Assembly (NCBI GenBank): GCA_965223415.1
Contig: OZ245002.1
Location: 3,680,001-3,744,000 of the forward strand
DNA from: Myxococcota bacterium
Lineage (GTDB): Bacteria; Myxococcota_A; UBA9160; UBA6930
Reading direction: 5' to 3'
Length of the DNA: 64,000 bases
A program made the position numbers and the translations under genes. Below are positions 17,315-27,507 of the stretch, in pieces. Every line of letters begins with the position of its first letter. Position 1 is the stretch's first letter. Under the pieces are notes generated by a model, which worked only from the letters and a program-made list of their open reading frames with translations, did not search any database and was not told the origin of the DNA.

Positions 17315-19495
17315 TCAGGGTGCCACGGGCTCCGCGCCGGCCCGGGGCAGGGCGAAGGCGAGGTAGTGGCTGCCGGACGGACGGTCGAGCTTGCCGCCTC
17401 CCGCCGCGATGACGACGAACTGGCGGCCGTCCGCTTCATAGGTGGCGGGAGTGGCGAAGCCGGAGGCCGGCAGCTCCGCCTCCCAGAGCAGCTCACCCGT
17501 CGTCTTCTCGAAGGCGCGGATGCGCTCGTCCGGCGTGGCCGCGATGAAGAGCAGGCCGCCCGCGGTGACGACGGGCCCGCCGTAGCTCTCGGCGCCGAGC
17601 CCGGAAAGCCCGAGCTCCCGGGCCTTCGCGTAGTCGCCGAGGGGGATCTGCCAGCGGATCTCCCCGGTGGCGAGATCGATGGCCGAGAGCGTGCCCCAGG
17701 GCGGCTTCACGCCGGGCAGCCCGTCCGGGTCGACGAGCTTCTGGTAGCCGGCGTTGCCGAAGCGCAGCGAGTCCCCCGCGCGGCGCGCCCAGTTCGAGGG
17801 CACGTCCTCCTCCTCCGCCGTGTACACCCACCAGGCGATGGCGGCGTTCTGCCACCACTCGAAGCGGCCACCCAGCCCGGGCATGCGGCCGCGCCCGTCG
17901 CGGACCAACCGGTAGAGATCGAGGAAGCCCATGCGCTCGTCGATCCCGAGGAGCGACGGCACCGACGTGCCGTCGCCCCGCATGTCGATGCCGTGGCACG
18001 AGGCGCAGCCGAACAGGTAGCCCTGGGCCATCTGGTCGCGGACGCCGTCGCTCTCCTCGGGGAGCCGTAGCATGCGCATCAGCCATGGGATGTCGTTGGC
18101 GTTGACGAAGAGGAGGCCCGTCTCCGCGTCCCAGGCACCGCCACCCCACTCGGCGCCGCCGTCGAGGCCGGGAAACGCGATCGCGCCCTCGATACCGAGG
18201 GGGGTATAGAGCGGGCCGTAGCGCACGCCCTCGAGCTTGGCCTCCACCCAGGCCCTCGCCTCGGGGCTGCGATCCGTGATGCTTTCCAGGGAGAAGTGCT
18301 GGCGCACGACGGGGGGAGGGCGGGTCGGCAGGGGTTGGCTCGCTGCCGCCAGGTCGCCGGGCAGCACCGGGCCCTGGACGGGCTCCTCGCGCAGGGGGAA
18401 GAGGGGCTCGCCGGTCTCGCGGTGGAAGAGGAAGGTGTCGCCGGTCTTCGTCAGCTGGGCCACCGCGGGGACGCGCTCGCCGTCCCGGCTGATCTCCACC
18501 AGGTTCGGGGGCGAGGGCAGGTCCCGGTCCCACAGGTCGTGGCGCACGACCTGGAAGTGCCAGCGCCGCTCCCCGGTGCGCGCGTCGAGAGCGAGCAGGG
18601 TGTTGGCGTAGAGGTTGTCGCCGAGCCGGGCGCTGCCGTGGAAGTCCGGCGTGGCGGAGCCGGTGGGGACGAAGGCCAGGCCGCGCTCTACGTCGATGCT
18701 GACCCCCGCCCAGGCGTTGGCGCCGCCAGCGGTCTGCCAGGCGTCGTCGGGCCACGTCTCGTGGCCGGGCTCGCCGGGCCGGGGGATCGTGTGGAAGATC
18801 CAGCGCATCTCGCCCGTGCGCACGTCGTAGGCCCGCACGTGACCCGGCGCGGCGCCTTCACCCTCGTTCACGCGCCCGCCCAGGAGGATCAGGTTCTCGA
18901 ACACGGTGCCCGGGGTATTGGCGAGTACGCCCATCATGTCGTCGGAGACGTCCCGGCCCAGCCCCTCGCGCAGGTCGATGCGTCCACCGTCGCCGAAGCC
19001 GGGGATCGGCCGGCCCGTTCGGGCGTCCACCGCGTAGACGTACGGGCCCGCGCCGAGGAGCAGGCGCTCGTCCCCACCGTCCTCCCAGTAGACGGCGCCG
19101 CGGCTCACGGTGAAGAGCGGGTTCACGTCCTCCGGCTGGAAGCTCCATAGCTCTTCGCCCGTGGCGGCGTCGAGGGCGAAGTGCCGCAGCGTCGGCGAGG
19201 CGCCGTAGAGCACCCCCTTCACCACGAGCGGGTTGAACTGCATCTGGGTTCCGCCGCCCTCGGAGGCGTCGCCGGCGTCGTAGCTCCACGCCACCTCCAG
19301 GGAGGCGACGTTCGAGGGGTCGATCTGGTCGAGGGGCGAGTGGTGGGAGACGCCCCGGTCTCCCAGGTAGGTGCGCCACTCGCGCTCCGCGGCCGCACCG
19401 CGGGCGCGCGCCCGCTCGAAGGCGGCGCCCGGGTCCGGGGCGTCCGGCCCGCAGGCCAGCAGGCCGGCGACGACGAGGGCGAGGCGCCGGCTCAC
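17315..19495 (-). CDS. PQQ-dependent dehydrogenase (quinoprotein glucose dehydrogenase-like) with c-type cytochrome insert
   Basis: SPLDQI...NV..LEVAW, HDLWDRDLP, PPWGTL.AIDL, GGPVVTAGGL; CASCH heme motif; GTG start 19495 with lipoprotein-like GLLAC. Confidence 0.9.
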   Translation of the reverse strand: MSRRLALVVAGLLACGPDAPDPGAAFERARARGAAAEREWRTYLGDRGVSHHSPLDQIDPSNVASLEVAWSYDAGDASEGGGTQMQFNPLVVKGVLYGASPTLRHFALDAATGEELWSFQPEDVNPLFTVSRGAVYWEDGGDERLLLGAGPYVYAVDARTGRPIPGFGDGGRIDLREGLGRDVSDDMMGVLANTPGTVFENLILLGGRVNEGEGAAPGHVRAYDVRTGEMRWIFHTIPRPGEPGHETWPDDAWQTAGGANAWAGVSIDVERGLAFVPTGSATPDFHGSARLGDNLYANTLLALDARTGERRWHFQVVRHDLWDRDLPSPPNLVEISRDGERVPAVAQLTKTGDTFLFHRETGEPLFPLREEPVQGPVLPGDLAAASQPLPTRPPPVVRQHFSLESITDRSPEARAWVEAKLEGVRYGPLYTPLGIEGAIAFPGLDGGAEWGGGAWDAETGLLFVNANDIPWLMRMLRLPEESDGVRDQMAQGYLFGCASCHGIDMRGDGTSVPSLLGIDERMGFLDLYRLVRDGRGRMPGLGGRFEWWQNAAIAWWVYTAEEEDVPSNWARRAGDSLRFGNAGYQKLVDPDGLPGVKPPWGTLSAIDLATGEIRWQIPLGDYAKARELGLSGLGAESYGGPVVTAGGLLFIAATPDERIRAFEKTTGELLWEAELPASGFATPATYEADGRQFVVIAAGGGKLDRPSGSHYLAFALPRAGAEPVAP

Positions 19496-21468
19496 GAGCC
19501 AGCGGGCTCGACCCAGATCGGCGAGGTCCAGGCGCGCTCCTGAAGGGTCGGCGTGTAGAAGGGCTCCGCCGCCGGATCCAGGCAGCACTTGCCGTAGACG
19601 TCGCCCTGGGCGCCCCGTGCCTGGGCGGCCGCCGTGGCCTCCGCCGCCTGGGCGGCGCAGTCCTCGGAGAACGGGTTCACGGCGGCGGCCTTGCACTGGA
19701 GCGTGCTCCAGCGGCAGGTGGGGTTCTCCAGCACCCGCAGGTAGTAGAAGGCGCTCTGGGTCGGATCGTGATCCGGGTCCTCCCAGACGGCGCACAGGCT
19801 CGCGGCGCCGGCCCCGACCGGAGCGCAGGTGTCGGGATCGACGCCGGCGCCGTTGTCGCCGCCGGCCACGTCGACGACGCGCTCGTGGGTGCGTCCCTTG
19901 CCGTCGATCCAACCCTTGACGACCTGCACGCGCTGGAGATCGGCGCCGATCGGGTCCTTGAGCGCGCTCACCAGGAAGCGCGGCGGTGTGTCGGAGGCGA
20001 AGCGTCCCCCCATCGGCACGCCCTGTCGGTAGGCGCGGGCGATGGTGTCCGGCGCGTCGCAGAGGTCGGCCTCGAGCGCGCTCCCCCCGAAGAAGCGCAC
20101 GACCGGGCGGGTGCCGCTGGTGGCGTAGGTCTCCTTGCGCCGCATGCCCTCGAAGATCGCGTCCCGGGAGTTCTCCTCCGCCCATACCACTGCGTGTCCT
20201 CCCGGGTTCGAGAAGAAGTGGTCTTGGACGTTGCGGTAGCCCGCGTCCCGCCGGCCCAGGTGTCCCGTGTAGTTGTCCTCCTCGGCGGCGCCGGGGGTGG
20301 CACTGTGGGTGTCGGTGCTGCCGATGAAGCCCATCACGAAGGGGTTGTTCCCGGTCGCGCGCTCGAGGGCGAGGCCGTCCTTCAGCACGTTGCGCACCAT
20401 GTTGCGCCGGTGAAACGCCTCGACGGGCACCGGCGCCGCCTGCTCGGTCCGCACCTCGCCGTGGACGGAGCCCAGCATGCTCAGGTTGTCCGCCACCACC
20501 TGCTCGAAATCGCAGAGCTCGTCCTCGGTGTCGACGCCCTGGCCGGCGAGTCGGTCGAAGCGGCACTCGGAGCTGGCCTTGTGCTGGGTCAGCTCGATCA
20601 CCGGCTCGAAGAAGATCCGGTTCGTCGCCTCCTCCGGCGTCTCGGGATCGCGGAACATCAGGCCCCCGGCCAGGTTCGGGTTGTGGGGGATGGCGAGCAC
20701 GTCGCAGCCCGTGCCCGCGTCGATGCACTCTTGCCGCAGCATCGTCCAGAGCTTCGGGAACTCGTAGGTGCCGGTGTCGTAGGCGGAGATCGGCCGGGCC
20801 GGCACCCGGTCGTTCCGGAAGATCACGTTGCGGTGCATGTTGAAGGCGTTGGGCGTGTCCGTGTACTCGTAGCCGACGAAGGAGGTAAAGCTGCACCGCG
20901 ACGTGCGGTCGTAGGCCGCCTCGGCCGCCTCCCGCAGCACGCCCCAGGCCTCCTCCGCCGCCGCGTCGCAATCCGAGAGGGTGCAGGCGAAGGACAGGCT
21001 CTTCTCCTCGGCCAGGGCGCCCAGCGACGTCCACCAGCTCGCCGCCAGGAGCTGGGTCCAGTAGTGGCCGGAGCGGGTCATGATGCAGTGGGGCCACCAG
21101 TAGCCGAGCTTGCCCGGGTCGATGGTGCAGACGTTGATCGGGCCCAGGAACTCGGCGTGGTCCGTCACCGAGGCGAAATCCAGGGGCCGCCCGATGCGCG
21201 CCTCGACCGTCGGCTCGCCGTCCGCGTCGGGCAGCAGGATGGCGTCGCCCTTCGCATAGCGGTAGGCGGCCGCCGGCTCGTTGCGCTGGCTCGAGATGTA
21301 GGAGTCGAAGGACAGGCTCGTGTGGACGTGGAGATCGCCGAACATCGGCCTGCGCAGCGGGTCGTGATCGGCGCAGGGCTCGCGCTCCTCGGTGCGCTCG
21401 AAGGCGGGCGATCCCACGGGCAGGAGGAGGAGAAGGGCGACGAGGAGAGCGCGGGTTCGTGCCGGCAT
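19492..21468 (-). CDS. DUF3604 family secreted PHP-like metallohydrolase
   Basis: FGDLHVHT..S.D, LDFASVTDHAE, GYEYT, MHRNVIF, IGSTDTH, ERAWTSPIW. Confidence 0.9.
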   Translation of the reverse strand: MPARTRALLVALLLLLPVGSPAFERTEEREPCADHDPLRRPMFGDLHVHTSLSFDSYISSQRNEPAAAYRYAKGDAILLPDADGEPTVEARIGRPLDFASVTDHAEFLGPINVCTIDPGKLGYWWPHCIMTRSGHYWTQLLAASWWTSLGALAEEKSLSFACTLSDCDAAAEEAWGVLREAAEAAYDRTSRCSFTSFVGYEYTDTPNAFNMHRNVIFRNDRVPARPISAYDTGTYEFPKLWTMLRQECIDAGTGCDVLAIPHNPNLAGGLMFRDPETPEEATNRIFFEPVIELTQHKASSECRFDRLAGQGVDTEDELCDFEQVVADNLSMLGSVHGEVRTEQAAPVPVEAFHRRNMVRNVLKDGLALERATGNNPFVMGFIGSTDTHSATPGAAEEDNYTGHLGRRDAGYRNVQDHFFSNPGGHAVVWAEENSRDAIFEGMRRKETYATSGTRPVVRFFGGSALEADLCDAPDTIARAYRQGVPMGGRFASDTPPRFLVSALKDPIGADLQRVQVVKGWIDGKGRTHERVVDVAGGDNGAGVDPDTCAPVGAGAASLCAVWEDPDHDPTQSAFYYLRVLENPTCRWSTLQCKAAAVNPFSEDCAAQAAEATAAAQARGAQGDVYGKCCLDPAAEPFYTPTLQERAWTSPIWVEPAGS

Positions 21469-21532
21469 GGGGCCATCCTGCCATCGGTGGCGCGGGGATG
21501 CACGGCTCCCCGGAAGGCCCCATGCTCCTGCC

Positions 21533-22375
21533 ATGACGCGAGAGCACGACGGGGAGGGCTTCCCGGAGCGCTACGGCCGTTGGGCCGTGATCGCCGGGGG
21601 CTCGGACGGGATCGGCGCGGCCTTCGCCGCCGAGGCGGCGCGCCGCGGCCTGGACGTGGCCGTGGTCGGGCGCCGCGAGGACGTGCTCGAGGCCAAGGCC
21701 GCGGAGCTGGCGGACACCCACGGCGTGGACACCCGTGCCATCCGGGCGGATCTCACCTCGGCCGAGGGGCTCGAACGGGTCGCCCGCGGCACCGCCGAGC
21801 TCGACGTGGGCCTCTTCGTCTACAACGCCGGCTCCAGCACGGTGTCCTCGAAGCTCCTCGACCTGCCCGTCGAGGAGCACCTCGCCATGCTGCACCGGAA
21901 CTGCGGTGGCCCCCTCGTGCTGGGCCACCACTTCGGCGCGCGCTTGCGGGCCCGGGGCCGCGGCGGCCTCGTGCTGATGTCCTCCGTGGCCGCCCTCGGC
22001 GGCAGCTCCTACCAGGCCCTGTACTGCGCCACCAAGGCCTTCGACACCATCCTCGCGGAGGGCCTCTGGCACGAGCTGGCGCCGGAGGGGGTGGACGTGG
22101 TGGGCGTGCTGGCGGGCCCCACCCGCACCGAGACGATGCTCCGCACCGGGGAACGCTTTGAGGATGCGATGGATCCGGCCGAGGTGGCGACCGGGGCCCT
22201 CGACCATCTCGGCAGGGGGCCGACCTTCGTGCCCGGCGAGGCAAACCAGGCCGCCGTGCGCGGCATGTGGCCGGTGCCGCGGGTGCCGCTCGTCAACGGC
22301 ATGAGCCAGGCCTGCGCGGATCTCTTCGACCTGCCGTTCACGCCGGTGGAGGGCCGCGAGTTCCATGGCGGATGA
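21533..22375 (+). CDS. Short-chain dehydrogenase/reductase
   Basis: YGRWAVIAGGSDGIG, YNAG, YCATK catalytic motif; ATG 21533. Confidence 0.9.
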   Translation: MTREHDGEGFPERYGRWAVIAGGSDGIGAAFAAEAARRGLDVAVVGRREDVLEAKAAELADTHGVDTRAIRADLTSAEGLERVARGTAELDVGLFVYNAGSSTVSSKLLDLPVEEHLAMLHRNCGGPLVLGHHFGARLRARGRGGLVLMSSVAALGGSSYQALYCATKAFDTILAEGLWHELAPEGVDVVGVLAGPTRTETMLRTGERFEDAMDPAEVATGALDHLGRGPTFVPGEANQAAVRGMWPVPRVPLVNGMSQACADLFDLPFTPVEGREFHGG

Positions 22376-23186
22376 TCGCATCGACGGCGACCGCTACGCG
22401 GTCGGTGAAGCCGAGCGGAAGCACTTCCGGGAGCGCGGCTACGTGCACCTGCGCCGCCTCCTCAGCGAGGTCGAAGTCGCGGAGCTCGAGATCACCTACG
22501 ACCGCTTCCTGCGGCGGGAGATCGAGGTGCCCGGCAAGGACTACTGCGACATGGCCGGCGACTACGGTCGCGCACCGGAGGACTTCTCGATCGTCAACGT
22601 CATGCTGCCGCGGCGCTACCACCCGCCCTGGCGGGGCAACGTGTTCGAGCGTCGGGCCGCCTCGGTGGCGGCGCAGCTGTGCGGAGAGGGAATGGCGATC
22701 GACTACGATCAGCTCCTCGCCAAGCAGCCGTTCAAGGAGGACGCGGTCTTCGCCTGGCACCAGGACCAGGCCTACTGGCCCGAGACCCCCGACACCCGCA
22801 CCGCCACCTTGTGGCTGGCCATCGACGACTCGACCCTCGCCAACGGCTGCATGCGCTTCGTGCCCTCGACGGCGAAGGAGCCCGAGCTGCGTCCCCATCG
22901 TCCGCTCCATGGGGACCGGGGCACGTCCCACGCCTTGGGCACCGAGCTGCGCCCGGACGACGAGGTGGTGGCGGTGCCCATCGTCCGCGGCGACGTGACC
23001 GTCCACGGCGAGCGCGTGCTGCACGGCTCCGGCGGCAACACCACAGCGGGCTTCCGCCGCGCCTACGTGCTGGCCTTCCGGGCCGCGGAGACCGTGGCGA
23101 CCGAGCGCCGGCTCGGCTTCACGCACAGCCACAACGACGCCGGGGAGGTGCTCGACGCCGTGGGCGTGGAGGGCGAGAGCCGCTAG
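22365..23186 (+). CDS. Phytanoyl-CoA dioxygenase family (Fe/2OG) protein
   Basis: WHQD, WLAIDD...NGCM, HGSGGN...RR motifs. Confidence 0.9.
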   Translation: MADDRIDGDRYAVGEAERKHFRERGYVHLRRLLSEVEVAELEITYDRFLRREIEVPGKDYCDMAGDYGRAPEDFSIVNVMLPRRYHPPWRGNVFERRAASVAAQLCGEGMAIDYDQLLAKQPFKEDAVFAWHQDQAYWPETPDTRTATLWLAIDDSTLANGCMRFVPSTAKEPELRPHRPLHGDRGTSHALGTELRPDDEVVAVPIVRGDVTVHGERVLHGSGGNTTAGFRRAYVLAFRAAETVATERRLGFTHSHNDAGEVLDAVGVEGESR

Positions 23187-23194
23187 CCACCCGG

Positions 23195-23222
23195 GGAGAT
23201 CGGGGGCCGCGCCCCGATCTCC
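23195..23222. terminator. 11-bp hairpin between the convergent dioxygenase gene and tRNA-Pro
   Basis: GGAGATCGGGG-N6-CCCCGATCTCC; no clear U tract. Confidence 0.45.
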
Positions 23223-23279
23223 TACAACCCATCGGAATCGCAACGGATTCCCGGGCCTTGGCGGGGAGGGGAGCCCAGC

Positions 23280-23356
<77 letters not shown>

Positions 23357-23457
23357 ACCGACGGGCTCTGCCGCCGGCGAAATATGACGCCTGAGGGGGC
23401 GCTCCACAAGCGGGCCCCAAGGCGGGCGGGCCGCCCTATCATGGGCCGCCGCCCGCC

Positions 23458-25812
23458 ATGGATCCGACGCCCTTCGCCGCCGTTCTGGCCGCCGCGACCG
23501 CGGTGGGTCTCGCCGTTCCCGTGCTTCGTCCCGCCTGGGTGACGGGCCGTCCGAGGCTGATCCTCGCCGCGGTGGCTGTGCTCTCGGTGCTGGCGGCGGT
23601 GCCCCTGGTGCGCCTCGAGCCCCTCGGGCTGAACCTGCGGGTCGATCCCTCGACCGAGCCGCTGCTCCCGGCCGGCGACCCGGCCCAGGAGGTCTACCGG
23701 GCGGCGATCCGCAACTTCGGCGACGACGAGGTCTTCGTGATCGCCATGGAGGCGGACGACCTCTTCACCACCCCGGGCCTGGGCCGGCTGCGGCGCGTCA
23801 CCGATGCGATCGCTCGCCTGCCGGAGGTGAGGACGGTGCAGAGCCTCACCGACGTCGTCTCCTTCCGGTACGACAAGGAGGCGGACTGGCTCGAGGTGGC
23901 GGACTTCATCGAGGAGATCCCCGCCGATCCCCAGGCCCTGGTCCGGATCCGGGCCGACGCCCTCGCCGATCCCATCTACCACCGCACCATCGTCTCCGAG
24001 GACGGCCGCACCGCGGCGATCAACGTCACCTTTCGCAAGCTCACGGACGAGGAGTTCATCCGCTCCCGCCTCGACGCGCGCATCCTCGAGATCGTCGAGG
24101 CGGAGGTGCGCGACGGGACCCACCTCTACGTGGCCGGCCGCCCCCACGTGAAGAACCGGGTCTACGAGCTGATGATGCAGGACATGGCGGTGCTGATCCC
24201 GCTCGCCCTCGCGGTGGTCGCGGCGGGGCTCTACGTCGTGTTCGGGACGCGCCGTGGCGTCGTACTGCCCATGGGCACGATCCTGCTGGCGACCCTCTGG
24301 ACCTTCGGCGCCATCGCCTTCCTCGAGCGTCCGCTCACGGTGCTGACCACCTTGTTGGCGCCGATGCTGACGGCGATCGGCAGCGTCTACGGGATCCACG
24401 CGGTGACGCGCTACGAGGAGGAGGTGGAGCAGGCGGCCACGCCCGAGGAGGCGGCGCGCCGTAGCCTCGAGCATATGCGCCTGCCAGTAACGGTGGCCGG
24501 CCTCACGACGATGATCGGCTTTGCCGCGCTCCTCATCACCGACGTGCCCGCGGTCTTCGAGGTGGGTGCCTTCGCGGTCCTGGGGGTCGCTTCCATCACG
24601 GTGCTGACGCTCACGATGGTGCAGGCGGCCCTGGCGCTCATGCCGTTGCGGCACGCCGGCTCCGGCACGGTGCTGGCGGCGGCGGTCGCCCGCATCCTCG
24701 ACGCCCAGCTCGGACGTCTCGCGAGCCTGGCGGGCCGGCGCGCCGGCACCTGGCTGCTCGTCTTCGGCGTCGTGCTCGCCGCGTGCCTGGCGGCGATCCC
24801 GCGCATCGTGATCGATACGGACTACCTCTCTTTCTTCGACGAGGAAGCCCCGGTGCGGCGGGACTTCGAGGCGGTGAACCGGCTCCTCGCCGGTGCCGTG
24901 CCCCTCTACGTCTCCTTCGACGGCGGGGAGCCGGGCGCCTTCCGCGAGCCCGCGCTGCTGCGAGAGATCGAGCGCCTGCAGCGCGACGCGGAGACGATCC
25001 CCGACGTGGGGCGCACACTCTCGATGGTCGACACGGTCCGGCTCATGAACAAAGCCATGGCCAAGGACGACCCGGAGGAGGAGCGCATCCCCGACACGCG
25101 CGGCGCCGCCGCCGAGCTGCTCTTCATGGCGCCGAAGGGGCACCTGGATCGTTATGCCAACGTGAACCACAGCCGCGCGAACGTGATGGTGCGGACCGGC
25201 GCGGTCGGCACCGCGCGGGTGCGGGCGGTGACCGAGCGCCTCGAGGCGCGGGTGGCGGAGCTCTCGCTGCCCGAGGGCATCACCGCGGCGGTGACCGGCA
25301 ACGCGCTGCTGCTCTCCCACAGCGCCGACGGCATCGCGCGGGGCCAGCCCCAGACGGTCGGGCTGGCGGCGATCGCCATCTTCGTGCTGATCGCGCTCTC
25401 CTTCCGCTCGTTGCGGCTGGGCACGGTCGCCATGCTGCCCAACCTGGTCCCCGTCGCGATCTACTTCGGCATCCTGGGCTTCGGCGCGGCGCCCCTCTCC
25501 CTACCCACCAGCCTGATCGGCAGCGTCGCCCTGGGCATCGCCATCGACGACACGGTGCACTTCCTGGTGCGCTACGGGAGCGAGCGTAGGCGGGGGCTCT
25601 CGCCGGAGGAAGCGGCCGCCACCTGCGGACGTCGCATCGGCCGCCCGATCGCCATCACCTCCGTGATGCTGATGGCCGGCTTCCTCGTCGTCGCCCTCTC
25701 CGGCTTCGCCACGCTCAGGCAGTTCGGCATCCTCTCCGCCGCAACGATGGGCGTCTGCCTCGTGAACGACCTCGTCCTGCTCCCCGCGCTCCTGGTGCGC
25801 ACACGAGCGTAG
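23458..25812 (+). CDS. MMPL/RND family transporter
   Basis: Two TM bundles, each with a periplasmic domain; GIAIDDTVH, LTTMIGF motifs. Confidence 0.92.
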   Translation: MDPTPFAAVLAAATAVGLAVPVLRPAWVTGRPRLILAAVAVLSVLAAVPLVRLEPLGLNLRVDPSTEPLLPAGDPAQEVYRAAIRNFGDDEVFVIAMEADDLFTTPGLGRLRRVTDAIARLPEVRTVQSLTDVVSFRYDKEADWLEVADFIEEIPADPQALVRIRADALADPIYHRTIVSEDGRTAAINVTFRKLTDEEFIRSRLDARILEIVEAEVRDGTHLYVAGRPHVKNRVYELMMQDMAVLIPLALAVVAAGLYVVFGTRRGVVLPMGTILLATLWTFGAIAFLERPLTVLTTLLAPMLTAIGSVYGIHAVTRYEEEVEQAATPEEAARRSLEHMRLPVTVAGLTTMIGFAALLITDVPAVFEVGAFAVLGVASITVLTLTMVQAALALMPLRHAGSGTVLAAAVARILDAQLGRLASLAGRRAGTWLLVFGVVLAACLAAIPRIVIDTDYLSFFDEEAPVRRDFEAVNRLLAGAVPLYVSFDGGEPGAFREPALLREIERLQRDAETIPDVGRTLSMVDTVRLMNKAMAKDDPEEERIPDTRGAAAELLFMAPKGHLDRYANVNHSRANVMVRTGAVGTARVRAVTERLEARVAELSLPEGITAAVTGNALLLSHSADGIARGQPQTVGLAAIAIFVLIALSFRSLRLGTVAMLPNLVPVAIYFGILGFGAAPLSLPTSLIGSVALGIAIDDTVHFLVRYGSERRRGLSPEEAAATCGRRIGRPIAITSVMLMAGFLVVALSGFATLRQFGILSAATMGVCLVNDLVLLPALLVRTRA

Positions 25813-25813
25813 C

Positions 25814-25882
25814 GAGACAGAGGGACGTTCCTTTCTGTCTCACGGCAAAGCCGTGAGACAGAAAGGAACGTCCCTCTGTCTC
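25814..25882. repeat. REPIN-like perfect 33-bp inverted repeat, copy 1
   Basis: GAGACAGAGGGACGTTCCTTTCTGTCTCACGGC-aaa-exact reverse complement; near-identical copy at 62966-63035. Confidence 0.9.
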
Positions 25883-25884
25883 AC

Positions 25885-26748
25885 TCAGTGGGATTCGAGG
25901 CGGGAGAGGTCGAAGGTCTTGCGGGGGAGCTTCGGGTTGGGCTCGAGCTCGGTGATCGTGAGGGTGGTGAAGGTCTCGAGCTGGACGTTGCGCATCGTCA
26001 GCTCCATCGGGATCCAAACGCCTTCCATCTCCTCGACCTTGTCCGCCGGCGCGCTCAGGTTCTTTACCTCGATGCCCTTCTCGTCCCAGTAGAGGGTGAG
26101 GAGCGGCACGCAGTGCTCCTTCTCCACGTGGGCGACGAACTTCGAGTAGTCCGAGTCGGCGTGGTCCTTCGGAATCACCTCTACCACGTAGGTGGGCACG
26201 CCTTCGATCACCTTGTCGGACAGGCGCTCGTAGTCGCCGTCCTCGATCTCCCGGGGCACCACGTCCTCGAAGGTGAAGTCGGTGCCGAAGACCGCCTCCC
26301 GGCGCAGGTTCACGCGCCGCACCCGGCGGGTGGCGGCGAGGTAGACGAACTGGTCGTTGGGACGCGCGTTGTTGTTTTGGATCAGGTAGCCGGAGAAGCG
26401 CAGGTCGAAGGGGTCGAGGTACTTCACCAGGGTGCGCGAGAGCACCCGCTTCTCCTTCTCGCGGAAGCTCCGCCAGGTCATGCGCAGCTTCGACTCCTGG
26501 GTGGAGCCGCCGCGATCGCCGGAGAGCAGGGTCGAGTGCTGGATGTAGGACTGGAAGCGGTTGTCGAGCACGCACTGGTAGATCTCGCGCCCCGTCAGCT
26601 CCGACTGGAGCGTGCCGGCATCTTCGACCGCCGGCGGTTCCGGCGCGGTCTCCGAGGCTTCGGCCGCGGGCAGTGGCGGCGCCGCGAGACACAGGACGAG
26701 CAGGACCAGGGAGCCGGCGGCCGGGGCCAGCCGGTGGGGGGCGCGCAT
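25885..26748 (-). CDS. Outer-membrane lipoprotein-sorting (LolA-like) protein
   Basis: Signal peptide; DQFVYLAATRRVRRV and FGTDFTFED motifs. Confidence 0.85.
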   Translation of the reverse strand: MRAPHRLAPAAGSLVLLVLCLAAPPLPAAEASETAPEPPAVEDAGTLQSELTGREIYQCVLDNRFQSYIQHSTLLSGDRGGSTQESKLRMTWRSFREKEKRVLSRTLVKYLDPFDLRFSGYLIQNNNARPNDQFVYLAATRRVRRVNLRREAVFGTDFTFEDVVPREIEDGDYERLSDKVIEGVPTYVVEVIPKDHADSDYSKFVAHVEKEHCVPLLTLYWDEKGIEVKNLSAPADKVEEMEGVWIPMELTMRNVQLETFTTLTITELEPNPKLPRKTFDLSRLESH

Positions 26749-26820
26749 GTGGAGTTCCTCCGACCCGACCCGGCAGCGTAGCCGATCCGCTTCTTCGCGC
26801 CGAACCGGCGGCGCGGCCGT

Positions 26821-27507
26821 TCAGCTTCCGCGCGCCGACTCCGCCTCCTCGCGCAGGGCCGCGATGGTCGCCGGGTAGTCCTCTTCGTTGGCCTTGAAGA
26901 TGGCCGTGCCCGCCACGAAGGCGTTCACGCCGGCGGCGGCGGCCCGCCCGATCGTCCCCTTGGCGATCCCGCCGTCGATCTCGAGCTCGAGCTCCGGGTT
27001 CCGCTCGTCCGCCCAGGCCCGGATCTGGCGGGCCTTGTCGAGGGTGCTCTCGATGAACGACTGGCCGCCGAAGCCCGGGTTCACGCTCATCACCAGCACC
27101 TGGTCTGCGTCCGGGATCACCGGCTCGATCAGGGAGGCGGGGGTGGCCGGGTTCAGCACGACGCAGGCCTTGGCGCCCAGGTCGCGGATCTGCCCGATCG
27201 TGCGGTGCAGGTGTGGGCAGGTTTCCACGTGCACGCCCACCCGATCCGCGCCGGCGCGCACGTAGTCCCCGATCGAGCGCTCCGGCGCTTCGATCATGAG
27301 GTGCACGTCCAGGGGCGTCTCCGTCGCCCGGCGCACCGCCTCGACCACCGGCGGGCCGATCGTCAGGTTGGGTACGAAGTGGCCGTCCATCACGTCGACG
27401 TGGATCCAGTCGGCGCCCGCCGCGGCAACGGCCTGCACCTCGCGGGCGAGCTGGCCGAAGTCGCAGGCCAGGATGGACGGAGCGATGCGAAGGGGAAGCC
27501 GGCTCAC
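26821..27507 (-). CDS. rpe: Ribulose-phosphate 3-epimerase
   Basis: IAPSIL, HVDVMDGHFVPNLT, MSVNPGFGGQ, EIDGG; GTG start 27507. Confidence 0.96.
   Translation of the reverse strand: MSRLPLRIAPSILACDFGQLAREVQAVAAAGADWIHVDVMDGHFVPNLTIGPPVVEAVRRATETPLDVHLMIEAPERSIGDYVRAGADRVGVHVETCPHLHRTIGQIRDLGAKACVVLNPATPASLIEPVIPDADQVLVMSVNPGFGGQSFIESTLDKARQIRAWADERNPELELEIDGGIAKGTIGRAAAAGVNAFVAGTAIFKANEEDYPATIAALREEAESARGS

Noticed and set aside
17315..22381. 1688-aa ORF as a giant fusion protein
   Set aside because: Only the last ~726 aa look like a protein (PQQ dehydrogenase); the upstream part is an off-frame or antisense shadow of the DUF3604 and SDR genes
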